Assembly (NCBI GenBank): GCA_002309575.1
Contig: DBXP01000044.1
Span: 1 to 60,287, forward strand
DNA: 60,287 nucleotides
DNA from: a bacterium UBP6_UBA1209
GTDB taxonomy: Bacteria > UBP6 > UBA1177
Direction of reading: 5' to 3'
Positions 1-9,000 of this stretch are shown piece by piece. The translations under genes were made by a program, and so were the position numbers. Position 1 is the first letter of the stretch; every line of letters starts with the position of its first letter. Under the pieces are notes generated by a model, which worked only from the letters and a program-made list of their open reading frames with translations, searched no databases and was not told the DNA's origin.

Positions 1-10
1 TTATTTATCG

Positions 11-86
11 GTAGGAGAGACGTTTCCTGAAACGTCTCAATCTCTAAACGTCTCATATCTCTAAACGTCTCATATCCCTTGAGACG
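11..86. repeat. REP-like palindrome plus short tandem repeats downstream of the giant gene
   Basis: GTAG at 11-14, then a perfect 10-bp inverted repeat GAGACGTTTC-CT-GAAACGTCTC (17-38). AAACGTCTC recurs at 46-54 and 63-71, and GAGACG at 81-86. Confidence 0.6.
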
Positions 87-97
87 GCTCCTCACTG

Positions 98-3000
98 CTA
101 CCTTACGCAATAAAAACTACCATCTATTTCATCTCCCTGGGAATTGTAGTTAATGTTTACATATCCCAACCAGAGGTTCATATACCACGGCCACTGCTCA
201 TCCTCAATATCCTCTACAGTAGAAGAAGACCATAAGCTGTTACCGAAATGATCTCCTAATTTGTTGTATTCTAGAGGATTATCGTAATCGTTACACGTGC
301 AATCTTCATAATTATTCAAGCTCTGAAACGACAAGCTGCTGTCTGTAACACCGCAAGAGCCGCCAGTCTTTACCCCTGGACAATTCTGAATAAGTGTCCT
401 CAATTCGCCGATTGTCGGTAAATGCCAGTCATTAAAGCCGCCTTCCGAATAGTTTTCGCAATAGTCAAAGGCATCCTGCCAAATTTTATCCATTTGCTCC
501 CTTTCTTCCCAGTCAGCGATATTGTTCCTTGGATATACCCAAATGAAACTCGTTGTCGAATCGAAACACGGTGTGCCGGATGATGAACTGCATTCGGGCA
601 AATCAATATACTCGAGATAGTCGATGCAGAAGCGGTCTGTTCCTTTATTATTGGATCCGTCTTTCTTGTATTGGAATATCAATGTATGTGTTCCTGCTGT
701 CAGGCTGATATTTTGCTTAGTCCAGTTTGACCAGCCTGTTGTACCTGAATTGTAATTCACTCCTTTGCTTGTCAATTTGAGATTTGCATTGTCTGTTCCG
801 TCAACATAAAGGTTGAATGTGTCCCAATCGGTGTTGTCGTTGTTTTCTCCGGTCCCTTTTATGTAGAAGGAGAGGGCGGCGGCTTTCGGCATATTGACAG
901 TTATCCTCATTTCTGCAGTCGAACTTGTGACGTTATAGTTATCGGAACACATTGCGTAACTTCCTCTTTTCGCTCCGATACCGCCGTTTTCTGAAGCAGT
1001 CATTCTTGACCAGTGATACGATGCGGAGTTGTTTACAGAAGAAATATATCCTGAAGATGTATCTTCTCCGGCATCTTCAAAGCTCCAGCCGGTTCTTGTC
1101 TGACACAGAGAATCTTTCCATACATATCCGCTGTTGCAGCCGCAGGAGTAAGTTGTTGCACTTGTTGTTGTGCAGACTCCATCCGAATTTTCATCGTTTT
1201 CGCAAAGATTCGGGTCGCATGGTTTTACGCAAGCAGTGCCGTTCCAGAAATATCCGTTTTCGCATCCGCACTCATACTGTGTAAATGATAAAGCAGTACA
1301 TTCTTTTGTTGAATGCTCGCCGCACGGATTTGGTTCGCACGGATTGATTGTAGATCTAACACATATAACGGATATGTATTGTAATAAATCGAGGGGGGGA
1401 TTCTTTGACGTAAAATCATTAAAAAAAGAACCAAAATTTATTACCGATGAATACTCTGACGAATCTGACGACGAACGAGTAGATGAGGACCAATAGTCTT
1501 GAATAGAATAGTCATAATTAGAAATATCCGGAAAATCCGAATACGGTTTAGTTGATTTGTCGGGATTAAACAAAGAAGCCAGCTCGTTTCTATTGGGAAC
1601 TCTCCAGTCTGTAAAGCCGGCGTAATCAGAATTCTCACAGTATTCCAGTGACTGCTGCCATGTTAGAGCAGTAGTTTGCTCTTTCTGCCACATCAAACCG
1701 GTTGCTGAATCAGTGATAACAATCTTGTCATCTATTTCTTGCTGAGTGAATGAAGATGATGCTAATCCGTCTCCGCGGACACACATTACTCTTATGCGAT
1801 CACTTGTCATTTTGTCATAAAAAGAACTCATCCAATCGGTAGAAAAACAGAGGGCATATGTTCTCAGGCTATTGCTGGTAGACTCCACCATATTTGTCCA
1901 AAATTTAATGTTTTGATCAAGTATGTCTGGGAAATAATTCTTGTCGAATGCAGGGTATGACCTGATGTCTGCGATCGAGAGAAACTCCGGCGGACTTGGC
2001 AAACGCCAGTCAGAATATCCGGCGTAATTTTTCAAATGGCTGCAGTAAGTTCTTGCCTCATCCCAAGTGTAAGTTCCGTTTGGCGGATTCTGCTGCCACA
2101 TGAGACCTGTGTTGTTGTCAAGAACAACATTTCGACCTTCAAGTGTCTGAACTGTGAAATTACGCGGTGCGCATTTGTCTCTGTATTGAGCATCCTGACC
2201 GAAGAAATCTTCTCCTTCTTCGGGACAAGGTATTTCTGCATCGTTGTCATAGCATTTTTTCTGACCAGTGCAGATGTTGCCGAGATGTGTATATCTTTCA
2301 CATTTGGAATCTTTCCGGAAATATCCTTTTTCACATTCGCAGAGATAGCTGTCAGAGGATTGAGGCGTGCATATCAAGTGTTCACTACTGTCGCAGGAAT
2401 CGGCATCGCAAGGATTTGGAATGCAGCTTGTTCCGTCCCAGAATTCATTCTCTCCGCAAATAATATCCGTTCTCACGCACATGACAGAATACGTGTTGTT
2501 TATAATACCACCATAAGAATCCTTTGATTTAAAATTTACAGGAATAACCTGATCATTATTATTTCTGCCGAAATCTGTTCCCCAGGCAAGGCTTCTGCTA
2601 TAAGAACTGGAAGACCAGAAGAAAGTGGTTGGTATGTCCGGAAAGTCAGAATAGGGCGCACTTGATTTATCAAAATTCAATAAAGAGGTTAATTCATGTG
2701 TGTTGGGGAGTCTCCAGTCAGAATATTCAGCATAAGTTAAATTCTCGCAGTATTCGAGAGCTTCCATCCATGTTTTTTCTTCAGCATATTCTTTCTGCCA
2801 CATTAATCCGGTTGTCGTGTCTTTTACGACATCTTCTGCATTAATAGTTATTATGGAAGATAGGTTTGCTCTTGGTCGCTCATTGCCGCGAACACATATT
2901 GCGTAGGACCAGGAAGTGTCATTCTTTGATCCCGCATAGATTCTGCCAAAGTAAGGCAGAAGAGCAAAAGCCAGGTTCGGGTCTTCAGGATATTCTTTAT

Positions 3001-6000
3001 TTGTCCACAACATAGCTTGACCATCTGAGATCGGTATATTCGGGAAGTAGTTCGCGTCTAATGCCGGATTGAAAATGTCGTAGTCAACAATCGAGATTAG
3101 CTCGTGCGGTGTCGGCAGACGCCAGTTAGTGTATCCTGCGTATGAGTTGTTGCAATAAGTTTTTGCTCCTTCCCAAGAGTATGTTTCTCCGGACGGTGTT
3201 CTTTGCCACATAAGACCGGTGTTGTTGTCAAAAACAACTTCCTGACCAGAAATTGTCTGAACAGTGAAATTTTGCGGTGTACATTTATCTCTGTATTGAG
3301 CATCCTGCCCAGCAAAATCTCCTGTTTCAGGACATTCCATTTCGTTAAAAATATCGTAGCACTTGCTCTGACCTGTGCAGATGTTTCCTATAGACAAAGG
3401 TGACTTGCAGCGCTTGTCGCCTAAACTCCAGAAATAACCGTTCTCGCAGCCGCATTTATACTCTGTCAGAGAAGAAGCAGTGCATCCAGTCGAATGTTCA
3501 CCGCACGGATCAGCCGCATCGCACGGGCTTGTGCATTCTTCTGCCTCAGAATCCCAGAAGTGGGTGGCGTCGCATTTAAAGTGGCATCCGTCATTATTCT
3601 GAGTCGGGCTGTATGTAGCAAAGTTCGAAGGCAGATACTCTCCATGATCTCCGGCTTCCGGATCCCATGTCTGAGTAATTGTTGCTGCGCCAGAGGAAAC
3701 GGCATGGCTTGGAATTTGACAGTTCGCGGTTCTTGTTTCAGGCTCGCAGGATGTGGTTCTCTCATTCCATGCATAGTGTTCACTGCATTTGAAGAAGCAG
3801 CCGTTTGTGCCGGATTCCGGTACATGCAGGCTGAAAGTTGCGTCTGTCGGCGGATACCAGTAATGACCGTTCCAGGTCTGGGTTACGGTGTCGCTGTTGG
3901 GCCACCATTCCGAATGTTCAGGCGGATTGCCGCAGGAGACACCATAATTCTGATCTGCTTTACACTGCAGACCGTCTCTGTGGTAGTTTTCTTTGCATTT
4001 GTAGGCACATGCATTGTCATTCGGAGCATCTTCGACGAAATAGGATTCATGCTCCGTAGGTTCAAACATTTGACCGTTCCAAACCTGATCTACGTATTCG
4101 ACGACCCACTCTGCGTTTTCAAGCGGGTTGCTTGTGCAATGTATATGTTTTTTTGTTTCGGGGATGCAGTTCTGGCCGTTCCAGTTGTAGTGCGTCGCAC
4201 ATTTGAAGGTGCAGGTGCCTGAGATCGCAGTCTCGCTGTATGTCGCTATGTTCGAAGGCAGGAACTCTCCGTGCTCTCCGGCTTCCGGATGCCAGGTCTG
4301 GTTGATCGCATCGGTACCGCTTATCACTGCGTGTTCGTATTGGGAGGGGATCACGCAGTCAACGTTATATTTTACCTCCGCGCTGCATGTCTCGGTCCCC
4401 TGATTCCAATTGTAGTGTTCACTGCATTTGAAGAAGCAGCCGATTTCATCTGCGGCAACGTCTGATCTGAAGATTCCTTCGCTTGTCGGGACCCATCTGT
4501 TGGTGGAGGCTTTCCATTCCTGGTCAACTTTGTCTCTGCCGTACCACCATTCAGCGTTGTCTATCAGTCCGGTACACTCTACATCCTCCTTTGTTTGGGG
4601 TTTGCATTTGTAGTCTTCTTCGTTCCAGTCGTGGTTGTACTGACAGGTGAAGCAGCATCTGTCTCTGCACGAACTTTCGCTGAATACCGGCCTCTCCGAA
4701 GGTTCAAACGCCTCGGTCTCGCCGTTCCATGTCTGGCTTATTTTGTTGTATCCTCCCATGTTCCATTCGGAATTTTCCGGTTTGTTCTGGCAGGTGTATA
4801 CCCTTGTTTCTGCGACGCACTCTTCGTTGTCGTGATCCCAATAGTAGTTGGTGTTGCAGGCGAACCGGCACTCTGTCGAACTCGGAGTTTCGTTGTATTT
4901 GCCGACTTCGCTCGGTTTCCAGTTGCCGTTGCTTGCGAGGGTCTGGCTGATGCCGAAGACGGTGTTCCAGTGTGCGTTGTCGGGCAGGCCGGTACATGCG
5001 GTGTAGCGCGTCGTTGTCAGCATACATTTCGCGTGATCCCAGTTGAAGCCCTGTTTGCAGCCGCATACGAAGGAGCCGTCCGCTACGGAGCAGGAGCCGT
5101 TCGAATTTTCTATATTGCCGCAGGGATCCATGCCGCACGGATCTGCGCAGTCGTTGCCGAAGCATTCGCCGGTGTTCCTGACGCAGACGACATATTTCGG
5201 TTCCGATTTTGCCGCCGATACGACCGAACCTGTCGCGAAATCGACAGTCCAGGCTTCTCCAGCTGCGTTCGCGGAGGTCGTCGAAGTCCAGAATTTGTGT
5301 GCCGGAAGCCCCTCGAGTGCGCTTGCAGCGCCGCTTGTCTTTTGGAAGTCGATGAGCGATGCGAGCTCGTTTCTGTTCGGGAGTCTCCAGTCGTATTTGT
5401 TGTCGGTCTCGATCTCTTCGCAGTAGGAGAGCGCTTCTCGCCATGTTCTCGACGAGACGTACTCTCTCTGCCACATGAGCGAGCTCTCTTTGTCGGTGAC
5501 GGTTGCAGCCGCAGTTTCAAAGCGGTTCGCCGGAGCGTCGTACTGGTTTTTGCTGACGCAGAGGACAAAGTTTTCAGCCGATTTGGCGACGCTTGCGAGT
5601 TCGCCGTTTTCGCCGAGCATCCACGCGTTGCCGTTGTTTCGTGCATCCTGCGATGCCCAGAAAGAGTATCCGCCGTTTGTGTTGAAACTGCCGTCGAGTG
5701 CAGGTGATGCTTCATCTGCGTTGACGATCGTAAGAAGCTCTTCAGGAGCCGGAAGTCTCCAGATCATGCCGCTTCCGCTCTGGGTGTCGTTCAGGTGCGA
5801 GCAGTAGTCGTTTGCGTCCGACCAGTTCATCGCCGCATTCGAAGCGGATCTGATCCATCTGAGGCGCGTGAAGTCGTCGACGATTATCTGGTTGCCGTCA
5901 AGTGTGCCTGGAGTGAGGCTTTTCTGCGTGCAGAACCCTGCAGCGGCATACTGGGGATCCTGACCGAAGAAATCGGCCCCGTAAGCAGGACACTCTTCAA

Positions 6001-9000
6001 GTTCGCTGGTTCCGTTGAAGCAGAAGATCTCGCCTGTGCAGATATTTCCGAGTGAAAGCGGGTGCTCGACGCAGTTGTTGCCGTTCCACTTGTAACCTTT
6101 CAGGCAGGAGAAGAGGCATTCCGACGCCGTAAGACCGTAATTTGCTTCCATATCTCCCGGGGTCCAGTTTGTTCCGCCTGCATGAGTCTGAGTGAATTTG
6201 CCGATACCGTCGTTCCAGACCGCGTTGGCGGGTTTCGCGCCGCAGGATTCCGTCGTTCTTGTGCAGTTTCCTTCGGTTACCCATTTTCTGCAGTCGTCGC
6301 ACGGAGCCACGCCTCTTGCGTTTTCAAAGCCCGGGATATCTGAGCAGTTCCTCGATTTCGTATCGCAGATTTCGCTGGGATCGATCACTCCGTCGCCGCA
6401 GAGATCACGTTTGCCGCAGTTCGTCCTGTCGTAAACGCATGTCGCCGGGTCGCACGAAGTCATGTTGTCGGGAGTCATCGAAGCGGGGTAGATATCTCCG
6501 CAGCGGACTGCCTGGATCTCGCCGGCAGCCTCGCACTCTTCGCCGGAATCGATTATTCCGTTTCCGCAGGCGTTCATCGCTACAACGGTGATCTCCCTGG
6601 TGTTTTCTCCTCCGTAAACGGTTATATCCTCCATGTAGTTGTACATCTCTTCGCCGGTAGCAAGAAGGGTGTATCTGCCGGAAGGAATCTCGAAATCGGC
6701 GTCTACATAGCCGCCGCCGGCAAATACCGCCTCGCCCTTGGTGACGAGATCGATGTTTTCGTCATAAATACTGATATAGACTTTGTCCGGATGTTTCGCC
6801 GTATTGATCCTGACCTTGACTTTGAGAGTCGCGCCGGCAGAGGATGAGATCTCCTCGTCGAGCCTGATCTCAACGCTCAGAGTCGAATTTTCGGGAACGT
6901 AGACATTCGTGGTTTTTGTATAGTAGCCCTCCGCAAAGGCGTTTATCGTGTAAGCCGCCGGAGCGAGGTTTTCGATGTTGATCAGGCCCTCTTCATCAGG
7001 ATAGAGGACTCTGCTGCCCGGATTCAGGATGATCCCGGGGTTGCTTGCTGCCTGAAGCGGATTGCCGGAAGCGTCGGCAAGGAATACGGAAAGGTCCGAC
7101 GGAACAGGCTTTGATTCGACACCTTCGTTGTCTTCGTTGATCAAAAATTCGTAGGTCTTCTGCGTCGAATATGTTTTGCCCGAGACCTTGGAATTGACGA
7201 TGACAGTCATCTTTCCGGTGATGTCGCCGAGCTCGTCGACATTTTCGCTGCCGAGAAGTTCCTTGAGCGGTTTAAGCCCTTCGGCAAGCTCTCCTGGAGC
7301 GAGAACTATCGGTTTTTCCATCAAAGTTTCGCCCGGTCTGTAGTAGAAGCTTGCGTTGTCGAAAACCTTTTCGTAATCGTGGCCTTCGATTTTTATTAAA
7401 ACTTTTTCGACATCCGCGGGAGCCGCCACCTTGAGCGAGATCTTGTCGGTGAGAGCCGAAAGCTTGTTGAGATAAGGCGTCGTCTTCATACTTCCGTCTT
7501 CAAGGACCTGGACAGTGTGGGCCGAAGCGTCGAATGTGTCGACGATCGAAACGGCGTTTTTGTTTTTGTTGATGCCGTCAAATACGCGGTAAGCCGTCTC
7601 GAGGAGCTTGTCGTTGAGCCCGGAGACGTTCGCATCGTTGCCGAAAATCGTTCCGACATACTTCAGAACGAGGTAATAAGTCCTGAAAAGGTTGAATTTT
7701 TCGGCTTCTGAAAGCCTGCTGTTCATCGGCATGAAGAACTTCGCGAAGATCTGCTCAGCCTCTGCAAGCGAGATCTCCGAACCGTTGAGGGCGACGCGGC
7801 CCGCGTTGTTCAGGGTGTAGACCTTGTTGCAGTTCTGCGGCGCGGTATCAGGATCGAACCATGCGCAGACGAACTTGTCGGGGCTGAGAGGCGACGAAAC
7901 GCTGCTGAAGCCAGGCCCGTTCGATGAGGTCAGGATGTAGTTCGCGAAGATCATGACATCTTTCTTCGTGAGGACATACCTGCTGTCGATAGTGTTCAGA
8001 CCGGTCACAGCCTTCTGCGCGTCGGCGGAATAATCGGCCGGAGTCGAGCCCGAATAGGTCATCGGGATCTTTGAAGAGTCGAACATGTCAGAGAGGGTCG
8101 AGCTTCTGTTGTAGGCGTCCGTCGAAGTGAAGAGAGTCGCTATCGCGCTGCGCAGTTCGAGACCGTTCTTTGCAGCCGCGACATCGCCGTTAGCCCTCTT
8201 CGCAAGCATCCGGTTGTAGAATTCCGAGACGTAGTAGAGGTTTTCAATGAGGTTGATGTTGCGCTGGAAGCCTATCTGCTTGTTGAAAAGCTCGTAAAGG
8301 TCGCTTTCGAGCTCGTAGAGTTTCGCGCATTCTGATGCGGTGTCGAAATAGCTCAGAAGATCGGTTTTGTCCTCGCCCTCTTCTTTGAATGTTTCAATGC
8401 CGAGCCTGATGAACTTAAGCGGAGAGTAGTCCTGGTAGTAGTAGCTGCTGCACCACTTTCCGATCAGGTCGGAGACAGAAACCGGTAGAGAGCGCGAATT
8501 AAGAAGGAATCCCGAGAAGTGACCGGTCTTTGCGACCATTACGCTGGAACTTGTGCCGAGCATGATGGGGTCACCTGACATTATCGGATCTCCGAGCATG
8601 ATGGGATCTCCGCCGGAAGTGATCATGATCGGGTCGCCGCCCGCTGTGTACATGATGGGATCGCCGCCGGACGAGAGCATGATCGGGTCTCCGCCCGCCG
8701 ACTGCATGATGGGATCTCCGCCTGCGCTTCTTGCGATCTGCATGATCGGGTCTCCGCCAGCCGAGAACATGATCGGGTCGCCGCCTGCTTCAAGCATGAT
8801 CGGGTCTCCGCCAGCCGACTGCAGGACTTCGCTCGTACCGTCGGAATTTGATCTCGTCGCCGAAAGCATGATGGGATCGCCGCCGAAAACTGTTCCCAGT
8901 TCATAGACGAAATAGAGCGAATCGACATCGAAAGTCGTTCCCTCGGGGCCGAATTCGATCTTTGAGACCTGCGAGCCATCACCGGACGAGAGTATGCTGT

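Noticed and set aside
98-3400. Complete diversity-generating retroelement
   Set aside because: DUF1566 domains are present, but no reverse transcriptase, avd or adenine-specific template/variable repeat pair is visible in the window.
8561-8884. CRISPR-like regularly spaced repeats
   Set aside because: The repeats are in-frame and codon-degenerate with very short spacers; they encode GDPIM, and no cas genes are present.
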